Positions 9,772 to 19,831 of a stretch of DNA of 64,000 nt are shown here, piece after piece. Each line of letters begins with the position of its first letter. Position 1 is the first letter of the stretch. The DNA is from Stellaceae bacterium. GTDB taxonomy: Bacteria > Pseudomonadota > Alphaproteobacteria > ATCC43930 > CGMCC-115725. The notes below the pieces were generated by a model. The model saw only the letters and a list, made by a program, of their open reading frames with translations, ran no database searches and was not told the DNA's origin. The DNA is taken from positions 6 to 64,005 of the forward strand of contig DATJVP010000081.1 of assembly GCA_035581425.1 (NCBI GenBank). Reading direction: 5' to 3'. Position numbers and translations under genes: made by a program.

Positions 9772-10703
9772 CCCGTTTCCTCAACACCCTTGGTGATACG
9801 CAGATAGGCCGCGGTGAAGGCGAGCATGATCAGCAGCAGCACCACCGAGAGCGCCGCCGCGTAACCGAAATCGAGATTCGCGTAAGCCTGCAGCAGCGTA
9901 TAGGTCGAGGTGATCTGCGTCGCGTTCGCGGGCCCGCCGCTCGTCATCACGAAGATCAGATCCGCGTAGTTGAAGGTCCAGATGATGCGCGTCGCCGTGG
10001 CGACGACGATGATCGGCCGCATGAGCGGCAGCGTGACGTGCCAGAATCGCGCGACCACGCCCGCGCCGTCGATGCGCGCAGCCTCATAGAGCTCGTCAGG
10101 TACGGCCTGCAAGCCCGCGAGCAGCATGATCGCGAAGAAGGGGATGCCGCGCCAGACGTTGGTGAAAACGACCGCTCCCATGGCGAGGTCGGGATTGGAG
10201 AGCCAGGCGACGCGCTCGTGCAGCAGATCGGCCTTCATCAGGAGGTCGTTGATGACGCCGTAATTCGGCTGGTAGAGCCATTGCCAGATAAGCCCCACCA
10301 CGACCCCCGGGATGACCCAGGGGAGCAGCATCACCGTTCGGATTACGGTCCGGCCACGGAAGGCCTGATGCAGCAGCAGCGCCGCCGCGAAGCCCACGAG
10401 GAATTGCAAGATCACCGAGCCGAAGACCCAGACGAAGGAGTTCCAAAGCGTCAGCCAGAAAACCGGGTCCTCGACCAGGCGGATGTAGTTATCGAACCAT
10501 ATGAAGCGGTAGTCCTGCGGCTTGAAGAGAACGTCGTAATAGAGGCTGAGCTGGATCGCCTTGCCGATGGGAATGGCGACGGTCGCGAGGAGGCAGAGCG
10601 CAGCCGGCGTCAGATAAAGGTATCCCGTCAGCAGCGACCGCGCCCGCAAGCTGAGGAGCGGGCGGGCGCGGCGGCTAGCGAGGGCGGCCTGGGCCGTGGA
10701 CAT
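9768..10703 (-). CDS. carbohydrate-type ABC transporter permease (MalF-like)
   Basis: 311 aa, with the EAA loop VPDELYEAARIDGAGVVARFWHVTLPLM. Confidence 0.88.
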   Translation of the reverse strand: MSTAQAALASRRARPLLSLRARSLLTGYLYLTPAALCLLATVAIPIGKAIQLSLYYDVLFKPQDYRFIWFDNYIRLVEDPVFWLTLWNSFVWVFGSVILQFLVGFAAALLLHQAFRGRTVIRTVMLLPWVIPGVVVGLIWQWLYQPNYGVINDLLMKADLLHERVAWLSNPDLAMGAVVFTNVWRGIPFFAIMLLAGLQAVPDELYEAARIDGAGVVARFWHVTLPLMRPIIVVATATRIIWTFNYADLIFVMTSGGPANATQITSTYTLLQAYANLDFGYAAALSVVLLLIMLAFTAAYLRITKGVEETG

Positions 10704-10718
10704 CGCGACGCGTGGAGA

Positions 10719-12023
10719 TCAGGCCATGTTCTTCGTGAGAATGTCCGCGAACTTGTCGAGACACTCCTTGGGCGAGATCTTACCGACAATGGCCTGCTGT
10801 ATCAGCGGCACGCCATCGGAGTCGAGCTTCCCGCCCCAGCCGGGATAGGCGAGATAGGGGCTGACGATCGCGAAACTGAAGGAATTGAGGAACCCCGAGA
10901 GCGCGGGATCGCCTTTGAAATCCGGCTGCTCCACGATCGATTTCCGCGCGGGCAGCAGGCCGAGCGTCTTGCAATACATGAGGCTCGGCTCGTCCTCGAG
11001 CAGGAAGCTCATGAAGCGCCAGGCGCCTTCCTTGTTGCGCGCGCCCTTGAATGCCGTGACCGTCTCGGAGAAGTAGAAGGAGGCGCGCGTCTTCGCGGGA
11101 CCGATCGGCACCGGGAGGGTGGCGAAATTCTCGGCGCCCACGTTCTTCTTCTGCTGTCCGACCGAGCCGGAGTTGTGCTGGTACATGCTCGTGACGCCGC
11201 GGCCGAAGGTCTCGACGATCTCCACGAAGCCGTCGGTCGGCGCGCTGGGCGGCGTCACCTTGTGCTTGAGCGCGAGGTCCATGTACCAGGCGAGCGCGTC
11301 GACGCCCTCCTTCGAGTTGATGACGACCTTGCCGTCCTTGAGCACCTGCGCCCCGTTCGCGTAGGCGAATTCGCTGGGGTAGAGGACGGCCCAGGTTCCA
11401 GCGCCGCGCATGCCGTAGCCGTACTGGTTCTTGTCCGGCTTGGTGAAGGCTTGCGCGATCTTGAGGAAATCGTCCCAGGTCCAATCCGGCGTCGGTTCCT
11501 TGATGCCGACTTCCTTGAGCCGGTCCCGGCGATAGTAGATTCCGTCGAGCGTGATCGAGAGCGGCAGCGAGAGGATCTGCTTGCCGATTGTCACGGTCTG
11601 CCAGGCGGTCGGCAGGACATCCGGCTGTAGCTTCCACGATTGCACGCGCGCGGTGAGATCCTCGAGTGCGCCCATGCCCTGGAACTGACCGAGCCAATTG
11701 TCCCAGACCTGGCAGCAATCGGGCGGGCTTCCGGCGCTGATGGCGCTGATCAGCTTTTGGCGCGCCTGCGCTTGCGGGACGAACTCGACCTCGACCGCGA
11801 AATCCTTTTGCGATTGATTGAAGCGCTCGACGAGCGACGTCACGAGCGTGATGCGAGTCGGTTCCGGCACGCTGAACTGGAAGCGTACGGGCTCCGCGGC
11901 CCAGGCCCTCCGCGGCGAAATCAGCGGCGCGTCCCACCACGGGAGATCCGCAGCGGCGATCACCCCAGTCCCGACGAGCGTCCGCAGGAACCTGCGACGC
12001 GACAGCAGCCAGCGCTCGTTCAT
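10719..12023 (-). CDS. ABC transporter extracellular solute-binding protein (family 1), Tat-type signal
   Basis: SRRRFLRTLVGTGV twin-arginine leader followed by an SBP_bac_1-like sequence. The ORF-track TTG start is at 12029. ATG 12023 has GGGAGG about 7 nt upstream and is preferred. Confidence 0.85.
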   Translation of the reverse strand: MNERWLLSRRRFLRTLVGTGVIAAADLPWWDAPLISPRRAWAAEPVRFQFSVPEPTRITLVTSLVERFNQSQKDFAVEVEFVPQAQARQKLISAISAGSPPDCCQVWDNWLGQFQGMGALEDLTARVQSWKLQPDVLPTAWQTVTIGKQILSLPLSITLDGIYYRRDRLKEVGIKEPTPDWTWDDFLKIAQAFTKPDKNQYGYGMRGAGTWAVLYPSEFAYANGAQVLKDGKVVINSKEGVDALAWYMDLALKHKVTPPSAPTDGFVEIVETFGRGVTSMYQHNSGSVGQQKKNVGAENFATLPVPIGPAKTRASFYFSETVTAFKGARNKEGAWRFMSFLLEDEPSLMYCKTLGLLPARKSIVEQPDFKGDPALSGFLNSFSFAIVSPYLAYPGWGGKLDSDGVPLIQQAIVGKISPKECLDKFADILTKNMA

Positions 12024-12076
12024 CGTCAAACCTCCCTGGTTTATGATTGTGGTTCTTCTGAAATGGCAATTATACG

Positions 12077-12086
12077 GTCATATGAC
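12077..12086. promoter_or_regulatory. perfect palindrome GTCATATGAC (GT-N6-AC, GntR-type operator shape) in a divergent promoter region
   Basis: Read directly in the 198-bp AT-rich spacer between the SBP gene and the AMP-ligase gene. An imperfect second copy, GTCAATATGA, follows at about 12091-12100. Confidence 0.4.
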
Positions 12087-12221
12087 ATCTGTCAATATGA
12101 GAGGTGGATTGTGCCGTGCGTCCTTCTATGCAGGGCATGTCTGCAGAACACGGCGTCGGCGCGCGTGCAATCGTCGCGCGAGATGCGTAGGCTCTCTGAC
12201 CAGGGAGGACGAGAGGGGGCA

Positions 12222-13709
12222 ATGAACTCGTACTTGCGGGGCGCCGCCGCGACCGCGGACTATATCGGCTTTCACGCGGCAGAGCGGCCCGACGCGATCG
12301 CGATCGCCGATCCCGGACGCGAGATAACCTATGCGCAATTCGACCGCGACCTCGGCCGATTCGTGCGCGCCGTGGGCGACCTCGGCCTCGCGCGCGGCCG
12401 CTCCGTCGCGATCGCATGGGGCGAGCTCTATTCGCATTGGCTGCTGCTCCTCGCCTGCGAGCAGCTCGGCATCGTCACCGCGACCTTCCTCTTCAACGAC
12501 GGCACAGAGGATTCGCGCCTCCTCGAGACCGTCGATCTCGTGCTCTCGGAGGCAAGGCCGCGCGGCGTCGCGCCCGAGCGGCACCGCCCGCTGACGCAGG
12601 ATTGGCTTGCCGGCGTCTTCGCGCGCCCTGATGCCGGCATGCCCCCGCTCGCGGCCTTGCATCCCGACGATCCCCTGCGGATCGTCCGAACCTCCGGGAC
12701 GACCGCCGAGCCGAAGCGCCTGCTGTGGACACGGCGGATGTTCGAAGCCTGGGTCGAGCGGCGGATCTGGTCGCTGGGGCTTACCCGCTCCTCGCGCGCA
12801 GCCCTCAACATGGCCTTCGCGGCCGCGGGTGGCTACACGCTCTCGACCGCCGTCCTTCGCGCGGGTGGCACGGTCAGCAACGCTTGGATCGGCGTCGAGA
12901 CGGCGGCGGCGCTTGCGCAGGCGGCGCACGGGTTGACGCATCTGCGTCTGACGCCCCTGGAGCTCCGATTCGTGCTCGACACGCTGCCGCCGGACTTCGT
13001 GAAACCGCCGAGCCTGGTGGTCTGCACCGTCGGCGCGGCGGTTGCGGCATCGCTGCGCGAGCGGGCGCTGGCGCGCCTCGCCAGCGAGGTCGTCGTCTCC
13101 TACGGCACCAACGAGGTGCTCTTCGCCGCGGAGACCCGCGAGGCCGGCAGCGAGGGGATCAGCACCATCTATCCCTGGGTGGAGATCGAGGTGGTTGACG
13201 AGCAGGGAACGCCGTTGCCACCGGGGACGCCCGGGATAATCCGCATGCGTGACGAGGAGGGGATGGCGACGGGCTATCTCGACGACCCCGAGACCACAGC
13301 GCGGAAATTCCGCGGCGGCTGGTTCTATCCCGGCGACGTCGGGATCTTACACGACCGGCGGCGGGTTCAGATCGTCGGACGCGAGGACGAGCTCATGAAC
13401 ATCGGCGGCATCAAGATGGCGCCGAGCTCGATCGAGGGCTGGGTGATGCAGCACGCGACGGTCGGCGATCTCGGCGTCTGCTCGCTGCGCAATGCCGATG
13501 GGATCGAGGAGATTTGCGTCGCCGTCGCCAGACCCGGTCACAGCGAAACCGAGCTGATGGAGCGCATCACCCGCGCCTTCAGCGACCATCACATCGGCCG
13601 TAACTTCTACGTCGTCGGGCTCGCGCGGATTCCCCGCAATGCCAACGGCAAGATCCAGCGCGGTCTGCTGAAGCAAGCCGCCCTGGCGGTCCTGGGAAGA
13701 AAGCAGTGA
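12222..13709 (+). CDS. AMP-dependent synthetase/ligase (acyl/aryl-CoA ligase family)
   Basis: 495 aa from ATG 12222 (GAGAGGGGG RBS). It shows an AMP-binding motif-like TSGTTAEPK, a YGTNE-type motif, a GDVG... region and a C-terminal NGKIQR. Confidence 0.85.
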   Translation: MNSYLRGAAATADYIGFHAAERPDAIAIADPGREITYAQFDRDLGRFVRAVGDLGLARGRSVAIAWGELYSHWLLLLACEQLGIVTATFLFNDGTEDSRLLETVDLVLSEARPRGVAPERHRPLTQDWLAGVFARPDAGMPPLAALHPDDPLRIVRTSGTTAEPKRLLWTRRMFEAWVERRIWSLGLTRSSRAALNMAFAAAGGYTLSTAVLRAGGTVSNAWIGVETAAALAQAAHGLTHLRLTPLELRFVLDTLPPDFVKPPSLVVCTVGAAVAASLRERALARLASEVVVSYGTNEVLFAAETREAGSEGISTIYPWVEIEVVDEQGTPLPPGTPGIIRMRDEEGMATGYLDDPETTARKFRGGWFYPGDVGILHDRRRVQIVGREDELMNIGGIKMAPSSIEGWVMQHATVGDLGVCSLRNADGIEEICVAVARPGHSETELMERITRAFSDHHIGRNFYVVGLARIPRNANGKIQRGLLKQAALAVLGRKQ

Positions 13710-13746
13710 GCGCCCCTGGGCGGTGCGCCGCAGGGGCTCTCCTTCC

Positions 13747-16380
13747 TCACGCGCCCGAGAGCAGGAGCTTCAATCGGTAAAGGAGCTCAAGGGCCTCCCT
13801 CGGCGTGAGAGAGTCCGGCTGTATCTCCGCGAGCGCCTTCTCCACCGCCGATTCCTTCGTGGCCGAGCCGCCCTTCGGTCTCGCCGCGTTGAAGAGCGGC
13901 AAATCCTCTGCCAGGCGCGCGAGGTCGCCGGACTGCTCGCTCTTCTCGAGGAGTGCCAGCACCTCCTCCGCGCGCTCCACCACCTCCCTGGGCAGGCCCG
14001 CGAGCTTCGCCACGTGGATGCCGTAGGAGCGGTCCGCCGCGCCCGGCGCCACTTCGTGCAGGAAGATGACCTGGTCCTGCCACTCCTTGACGCGCATGGT
14101 GTGGCAGGAGAGCGCGGGAAGCCGAGCGGCAAGCGCGGTCAGCTCGTGGTAATGCGTCGCGAAGAGCGCTCGGCATTTGTTCCGATCGTGGAGATGCTCG
14201 ACCGTCGCCCAGGCGATCGAGAGTCCGTCGAAGGTCGCTGTGCCGCGGCCGATCTCGTCGAGGATGACGAGCGAGTGTTCCGTCGCCTGATTGAGGATTG
14301 CCGCCGTCTCCACCATCTCCACCATGAAGGTGGAGCGGCCGCGCGCGAGATCGTCGGCGGCGCCGACGCGGCTGAAGAGACGGTCGACCGCGCCGAGTGC
14401 CGCGCTCTCGGCGGGTACGAAGGACCCCATCTGCGCCAAGATCGCGATGAGCGCATTCTGGCGAAGGAAGGTGCTCTTGCCGGCCATGTTGGGTCCGGTG
14501 ACGAGCCAGAGTCGCCGATCGGCTCCGAGATCGCAGTCGTTCCCGACGAAGCTTGCCTGCTGACTCTGCCGGAGCGCGGCCTCGACCACGGGATGCCGCC
14601 CGCCCATGATCGCAAAGCCGCGGCCGGCATCGACCTGGGGCCTGCACCAGCGCTCGACCGCTGCCAGCTCCGCGAGCCCTGCCGAGGTGTCGAGGACGGC
14701 CAAGGCGAGCGCCGCGCGCGCGATCTCCTCGCCGCGCGCGAGCGCCTCGGCGACGAGATCGTCGAAAAGCTGCAGCTCCAGCGCGAGCGCCTTGTCGGCG
14801 GCGGTCAGGATCTTGCTTTCGAGCTCGCCCAACTCCGTCGTAGTGAAGCGCATGGCGCTCGCCATGGTCTGGCGGTGGATGAAGCTCTGCCCGAGCTTCG
14901 GCGCCTGCGCGGCCGTCACCTCGATGTAGTAGCCGAGCACGTTGTTGTGCCGAATCTTGAGGTTCGCGATGCCCGATTCCGCGGCATAGCGGCCCTGGAG
15001 GCCCGCGATGAGCCGCCGGCTCTCGTCGCGGAGGCTCTTGAGCTCGTCGAGGGCGGGCGCGTAGCCCGCGGCGATGAAGCCGCCGTCGCGCGCGAGGAGC
15101 GGCAGGTCGGCCGCAAGCGCGCGGGCGAGGCGCTCGACCAGGACGCCGTGCTCGCCGAGATCGCGCGCGGCTCCTGCGATGAGCGTGGGCGTCAAGGACG
15201 CGGAGGCGAGGCGCCGGCGGAGCTCAGCCGCGACGCCGAGCGTGTCGCGGAGCGCCGCCAAGTCCCGGGGCCCACCGCGTCCGAGCGCAAGCCGTGCCAT
15301 CGCGCGCTCGATATCGGCCGCGCGCCTGAGCGTGCCGCGCAGCTCCTCGCGGAGCCGCTCGTCCTCGAGAAGCGCCGCCACCGCATCATGCCGCGCCGCG
15401 ATCTCCGCGGGGTCGGTGAGGGGGGCCGCGAGCCACTCCGCGAGCATCCGTGCGCCCGCCCCGGTGACGGTGCGATCGATGGTCGCGAGCAGGCTTCCCT
15501 TGCGCTCGCCCCCGAGCGTCTCCATGAGCTCGAGGTTGCGCCGCGTTGCCGCATCGATCGCCATCGCCGAGCCCGCGCTGAGGCGCCGCGGCGGCGTGAG
15601 CCGCGGGAGCTTCCCCTGCTGCGTCAACGTCGCGTAGTCGACGAGCGCGCCTGCCGCCGCGAGCTCCGCACGCCCGAAGGCGCCGAAGCCCTCGAGCGTT
15701 CCCACCGCAAAGGTCGTTTCCAGGCGTTTCCGCCCGCTCTCGCTGTCGAAGCGCTGCGTGGGAAGCGGCGTCAGCCGCTCCTTCCATTGTCCCAGGAGCT
15801 CGAAGAGCTCGGGACGCTGCAGCAGGCGGTCCGCAATCAGCAACTCGCCGGGCGCAAGGCGCGCGAGCGCCGCGTCGAGCCCGCCGAGAGCGACGGGCTC
15901 GACCGCGAAATCTCCCGTGGAGAGATCGAGCCAGGCAAGCGCGAAGCCGCCAGCGGCTTCCGCGAAAGCCGCGAGGTAGTTGTGCCGCCGCGCATCGAGG
16001 AGCGTGTCCTCCGTGAGTGTCCCCGGCGTCACCACACGCACGACCGCGCGCCGCAGCGGCGCCTTGGCGCTCTTGCGCTTGGCGGCTTCCTCCGTCTGCT
16101 CGCAGACGGCGACGCGGATGCCCTGACGGATCAAACGCGAGAGATAGGCCTCGGCGGCGTGGACGGGAACGCCGCACATCGGGATCTCCTCGCCCTCATG
16201 CTTCCCGCGTTTCGTGAGAGTGATGTCGAGCGCGGCGGCCGCGCGCGCCGCATCCTCGAAAAACATCTCGTAGAAATCGCCCATCCGGTAGAACAGCAGG
16301 CAATCCGGGTATTGCCGCTTGATCTCCAGATACTGCGCCATCGCCGGCGTCGCCGCCTCCGCGGCGGGTGCATCGTTCAT
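13747..16380 (-). CDS. mutS: DNA mismatch repair protein MutS
   Basis: 877 aa. [35 protein letters not shown]-terminus, Walker [14 protein letters not shown], and FATHYHELT. Confidence 0.97.
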   Translation of the reverse strand: MNDAPAAEAATPAMAQYLEIKRQYPDCLLFYRMGDFYEMFFEDAARAAAALDITLTKRGKHEGEEIPMCGVPVHAAEAYLSRLIRQGIRVAVCEQTEEAAKRKSAKAPLRRAVVRVVTPGTLTEDTLLDARRHNYLAAFAEAAGGFALAWLDLSTGDFAVEPVALGGLDAALARLAPGELLIADRLLQRPELFELLGQWKERLTPLPTQRFDSESGRKRLETTFAVGTLEGFGAFGRAELAAAGALVDYATLTQQGKLPRLTPPRRLSAGSAMAIDAATRRNLELMETLGGERKGSLLATIDRTVTGAGARMLAEWLAAPLTDPAEIAARHDAVAALLEDERLREELRGTLRRAADIERAMARLALGRGGPRDLAALRDTLGVAAELRRRLASASLTPTLIAGAARDLGEHGVLVERLARALAADLPLLARDGGFIAAGYAPALDELKSLRDESRRLIAGLQGRYAAESGIANLKIRHNNVLGYYIEVTAAQAPKLGQSFIHRQTMASAMRFTTTELGELESKILTAADKALALELQLFDDLVAEALARGEEIARAALALAVLDTSAGLAELAAVERWCRPQVDAGRGFAIMGGRHPVVEAALRQSQQASFVGNDCDLGADRRLWLVTGPNMAGKSTFLRQNALIAILAQMGSFVPAESAALGAVDRLFSRVGAADDLARGRSTFMVEMVETAAILNQATEHSLVILDEIGRGTATFDGLSIAWATVEHLHDRNKCRALFATHYHELTALAARLPALSCHTMRVKEWQDQVIFLHEVAPGAADRSYGIHVAKLAGLPREVVERAEEVLALLEKSEQSGDLARLAEDLPLFNAARPKGGSATKESAVEKALAEIQPDSLTPREALELLYRLKLLLSGA

Positions 16381-16542
16381 GCCCGAGCGTAGAACGGCAC
16401 CGAGCCGAAGGGAATCCCAGTGTTTGCGGGCGGGGAAGGGTTGGCGCTCGCATGCGCTTCCACACCCGCGGAACCGCCATGGCCGGGCTCGTCCCGGCCA
16501 TGACGCCAGAAGGGGAATCCGAACGAGCGGCCAGCCGCCGCA

Positions 16543-18456
16543 TCAGTGATGCCGCATGCTCCCCGCCGGCGGGGGCTCCGGCTCGGTGGCGAGGGTGTGG
16601 AGCATCGCCGTGAGCTCACCGGGCGCTGCGCCCGTGCCGATCCAGCGTGCACGGAGGAAGCCCCAGCGGTCGATCAGGAATTCGAGATGGCGCGGCGCGG
16701 GCTCGGCGTCGGTTTGGGGCCGCGCGAAGAGCGAATAGATCGAGGCGAGATCGGGATCGGCGGGCGCGAAGATCGGGCCATTGCGCCCGGAATCCGCGAG
16801 CTGGACGGCAGCGACGTCGATACCCGCGACGTCGAGTGCGCTCGCGGCCGAGACCAAGGCGTCGAGACGCTCGGTCGAGTCCGGAAGCGTATAGAGGACG
16901 AGGAGCACGGCCTTCCGGCCCCGGAGCGACGCGAGCGTCTCCTGCGCGCCGCCACCGCGTTCCATCGCAAATTCGGGCGCGGCAATGCGGAGCGCGGGAT
17001 CAGGCGCGGGACCGAGCGCGCGCGCGGCCTCGGCGTCGGATTGGAGGCGGAGGAATCCCACGGCGGCCCAGCGCTGCTGGTCGTCGAGCACGTCCGCGAA
17101 GGCGGGCATCGCGCCCTCGCCGCGGCCATGTGTCACCCACCACCAGAGCGTGCCGTCGCTGTGATGCGCGGCGTGCTGGCGCGCGAGATCGGCGGGCGGC
17201 TTCGCCAGGCCCGCGGCGGCGGGACCATCGCCATAGCCATGCGCGCCATGACAGGAGGCGCAAGCGTCGAAATAGACCTGTTGCCCGACGGCGAGCGTCT
17301 CGACGGAATACGGAAGCGGCGAGGGAACATAGACCGTTGGCACCGCCGCGGCCGAGCAGGCGAACCCGCCGCCGATAAGCGCCGCGACGAGCATTCCCGT
17401 CCCGGCCCAGCGCAGCCGATTGTGGCCGCCGATGAGTCCGCGCCCGATCGCCACGAGCCCCGCCGTTCCCAGCGCTAGCGCGCTGAGCGCCAGCACCTCG
17501 CGCCAGAGAGAGGCGCCCGCGGCCGCGCGGCTCCAGGTGACGGCGAAAGGCCAGAGCGGCTCGTCATGCGCGGCGGGGACCGAGATCCCGAGCACTGCCA
17601 CGTCCGCGAGAATGAGGAGCCCTAGAAAAGCCTCGAGCGCGGCGTTGCGTGCAAGATGCCGCGCCGCTCGGGTTTCTCCGAGCGCAGGGACGAGACGCTG
17701 CTGATTGGTGACGGCGAGCGCGACCATCAGCAGGAAGAGACCGATCTTGAGGAGGAGCAATCGGCCATAGCTCGTGCCCAAAAGTCCGGGGATTGAGCCC
17801 ACCAGCGACCATGCGTTGAGAACGCCCGTCAGGGCGAGCCCGCCGACGCAGAGGATGCCGAGCGCGGAAAAGCGCCGACAAACGGCCCTGCCTTGATCTG
17901 CCGCCGCGGCCGCGTCCTGCGCGAGTCCGCGCAGCACCAACGCCAAGGGCAGCAGGCCTCCGAGCCACAAAGCAGATAGCAGGAGGTGTAAGACGTCGCC
18001 CGCGGCCGTCGTCCTATCCGCCGCCGCCGCGTGACCCGCGAGCGCGAGGCTTGCGACGGCGCCGAGAGCGAGACCGGCGGAGATTGGCGCGCTCGCTCGC
18101 GTGGCCGGCAGTCTCAGCACCAGCAGCAGTGCCGAAACGAGCGCCACCCGCAGGAGCAGGCCGGTGCCGAACCCGGTCTCGGTCACGAGTTGCAGGAGGA
18201 GGCTTGGCTCGGGCCAGGTCGAGCCCCCGATCGTCTGCGCCTCCGCGAAGAGCCGCAGCAGCGACGCCAGGAGCGCCACGGCCGCGGCCCAGCGCGAGAG
18301 CGTGCGGGTACGCGCGAGTGTCGGCTCGAAAAGCCAGGGACTCCTGCGGCGAAGGCTCGCCGGCGCCACCGCGATCCAGAAGGAAAGAGCGCCCGCAGTG
18401 AAAAGCAGTGTCGCGTACTCGCCGAAGCGGGCGATCGCCGCGGGCTCGACGGTCAC
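16543..18456 (-). CDS. copD: CopD-family copper resistance membrane protein fused to a cytochrome c domain and a Cys-less thioredoxin-like domain
   Basis: 637 aa. About 8 predicted TM helices of CopD type, then CASCH (codons 17248-17262), then a redoxin-like tail (GRKAVLLVLYTLPDSTERL ... EFLIDRWGFLRARW). The GTG start overlaps the copC stop (GTGA). Confidence 0.75.
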   Translation of the reverse strand: MTVEPAAIARFGEYATLLFTAGALSFWIAVAPASLRRRSPWLFEPTLARTRTLSRWAAAVALLASLLRLFAEAQTIGGSTWPEPSLLLQLVTETGFGTGLLLRVALVSALLLVLRLPATRASAPISAGLALGAVASLALAGHAAAADRTTAAGDVLHLLLSALWLGGLLPLALVLRGLAQDAAAAADQGRAVCRRFSALGILCVGGLALTGVLNAWSLVGSIPGLLGTSYGRLLLLKIGLFLLMVALAVTNQQRLVPALGETRAARHLARNAALEAFLGLLILADVAVLGISVPAAHDEPLWPFAVTWSRAAAGASLWREVLALSALALGTAGLVAIGRGLIGGHNRLRWAGTGMLVAALIGGGFACSAAAVPTVYVPSPLPYSVETLAVGQQVYFDACASCHGAHGYGDGPAAAGLAKPPADLARQHAAHHSDGTLWWWVTHGRGEGAMPAFADVLDDQQRWAAVGFLRLQSDAEAARALGPAPDPALRIAAPEFAMERGGGAQETLASLRGRKAVLLVLYTLPDSTERLDALVSAASALDVAGIDVAAVQLADSGRNGPIFAPADPDLASIYSLFARPQTDAEPAPRHLEFLIDRWGFLRARWIGTGAAPGELTAMLHTLATEPEPPPAGSMRHH

Positions 18457-18815
18457 GGTGCGACCGTGAAGCGGAAATTGCCGGTGGTCACGTGCGTGTC
18501 GACGGAGAGCACGCGCCAGAAGACCTTGTAGCTTCCCGCCGGCAGCGCGCTCACGGGGACCACCAGCACCTGCCGGTCGCCCGCATCTGCCTTCGCCGGG
18601 CCCGTACTGACGGTATGACCCGCGGCGTCCTCGACCCTGGCGGTGCTGAGCGCCGCCTCGATCGCCTCGGTGAAGCGCAACCGAACCTCCGCGGGCGATT
18701 GATGGACCGTGCTTCCGACGGCCGGCACCGCATGGTCGAGGAAGGCGTGGGCGAGCGCCGCCGACGCTCCCAGAAGGAGCGCCGGCAACGCCAAGATGAG
18801 TGTGGGGCGCCGCAT
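18453..18815 (-). CDS. copC: CopC-family periplasmic copper-binding protein
   Basis: MRRPTLILALPALLLGASAALAHAFLDHAVPAVGSTV...: signal peptide followed by the mature N-terminal His (HAxL) typical of CopC/YobA. Start chosen at the internal ATG 18815 of the 228-aa ORF. Confidence 0.85.
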   Translation of the reverse strand: MRRPTLILALPALLLGASAALAHAFLDHAVPAVGSTVHQSPAEVRLRFTEAIEAALSTARVEDAAGHTVSTGPAKADAGDRQVLVVPVSALPAGSYKVFWRVLSVDTHVTTGNFRFTVAP

Positions 18816-18817
18816 GA

Positions 18818-19747
18818 TTAAGGTCCGAAGATCGGCTTCCCGATGCTCTGCGGGAAGATGTCGTCGAGATAGAAATGAAGTTGCAGGATGCCGCCGATGC
18901 CGTGTCCGGTCGCCCGGTTCACGGGGACGATCATCTCCGCGCCCACTTGATAATACTGCCCCGCCCAGATCAAGCCAGGGCTGATCGTGCCGGTGGTCTG
19001 GCCGTTTCCTCCGCGATTGAGCGCGGTCTCCATGTTGAACTCGACCACGGCAATGAGGCGATTGAAGGGCGCACCGATCCCGAGGTCGCGCACATAACCC
19101 TGGAGATAGGGGATGCTGTATTGGAGCGTGAATCCCCACCCGAGCGTGTTCGGGCGCGTGGTGGGCTCGCCGTCGGTCGTGTTCGTGGCGCCCCAGGGAA
19201 TGCCATATCCGATGACGCCCGTCACCGCGAAGGGCCGGGCCCAGTCCCAGCTATCCGGCAAATCGCCGAGGCCTTTTCCGAAATAGATCGTCGGCGTGAC
19301 CGTGCTGACGCGATCGGCGCCGATACTCTTGGAGCCGGTGCCGCCGAGCTCGGTCTCGACGCCGACCGAGAGCATGAATTCGTGCGGCTCGTTGACGTAG
19401 ACCTTGTATTTCGGCGTGAGCTCCAGGTTCTGCCAGCCCGAGACGGTGGGACTTCCCTTGGCGCTGAAGCGACTCCAGGTCGGCGAGATTGAGAAGCCGA
19501 AATTCTCGGTGATGCGCTTCGAGAACTCGGCGGAGATGTCGAATTCCTCGACAGAGGGCTGATCGCTGCTGGGTGGATTGAGTGTGAGGGTCGGCAGCGA
19601 GAGCTCGTCGGCGACGTTGGGGTCGTCGATCTGCAGGGTGGCGGGAAAGAAGCGGTTGCCGGCGAATCCGTGCGCGCTCGCATCGGCGGCCGGAAGCATG
19701 AGGAGAGCCACGGCAAAGCCAGCGGCGCTCCAATGAGTGCGTCTCAT
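18818..19747 (-). CDS. signal-peptide protein, probable outer-membrane beta-barrel (transporter/MetA-pathway-like)
   Basis: 309 aa with signal peptide ...AADASA-HG, alternating amphipathic strand-like segments, and an aromatic residue near the C-terminus (KPIFGP). GGAG lies 8 nt upstream of the ATG. The family call is from memory only. Confidence 0.5.
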   Translation of the reverse strand: MRRTHWSAAGFAVALLMLPAADASAHGFAGNRFFPATLQIDDPNVADELSLPTLTLNPPSSDQPSVEEFDISAEFSKRITENFGFSISPTWSRFSAKGSPTVSGWQNLELTPKYKVYVNEPHEFMLSVGVETELGGTGSKSIGADRVSTVTPTIYFGKGLGDLPDSWDWARPFAVTGVIGYGIPWGATNTTDGEPTTRPNTLGWGFTLQYSIPYLQGYVRDLGIGAPFNRLIAVVEFNMETALNRGGNGQTTGTISPGLIWAGQYYQVGAEMIVPVNRATGHGIGGILQLHFYLDDIFPQSIGKPIFGP

Positions 19748-19831
19748 GGTGCGACTCCGAGATCAAAATGCTGGCGACAACCTCCGCGCGTCCCCTGGGG
19801 GACAGCGGACCGCTGTCGCGTTCGGTAGGAT

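Noticed and set aside
13723-16392. 889-aa plus-strand ORF exactly mirroring mutS. Similar long mirror ORFs lie opposite the MFS gene (4915-6351), the ABC genes (10038-11630), maeB (20529-22766), pstS (24209-25363), pat (29895-32081), the PBP (32418-34265), the LuxR-TPR gene (42005-43549), gyrB, recF and the histidine kinase.
   Set aside because: Each lies antisense to a gene with unambiguous conserved motifs. Their products are dominated by Arg, Ala, Gly, Pro, Asp and Glu and show no domain signature. They are explained by the scarcity of stop codons in GC-rich DNA.
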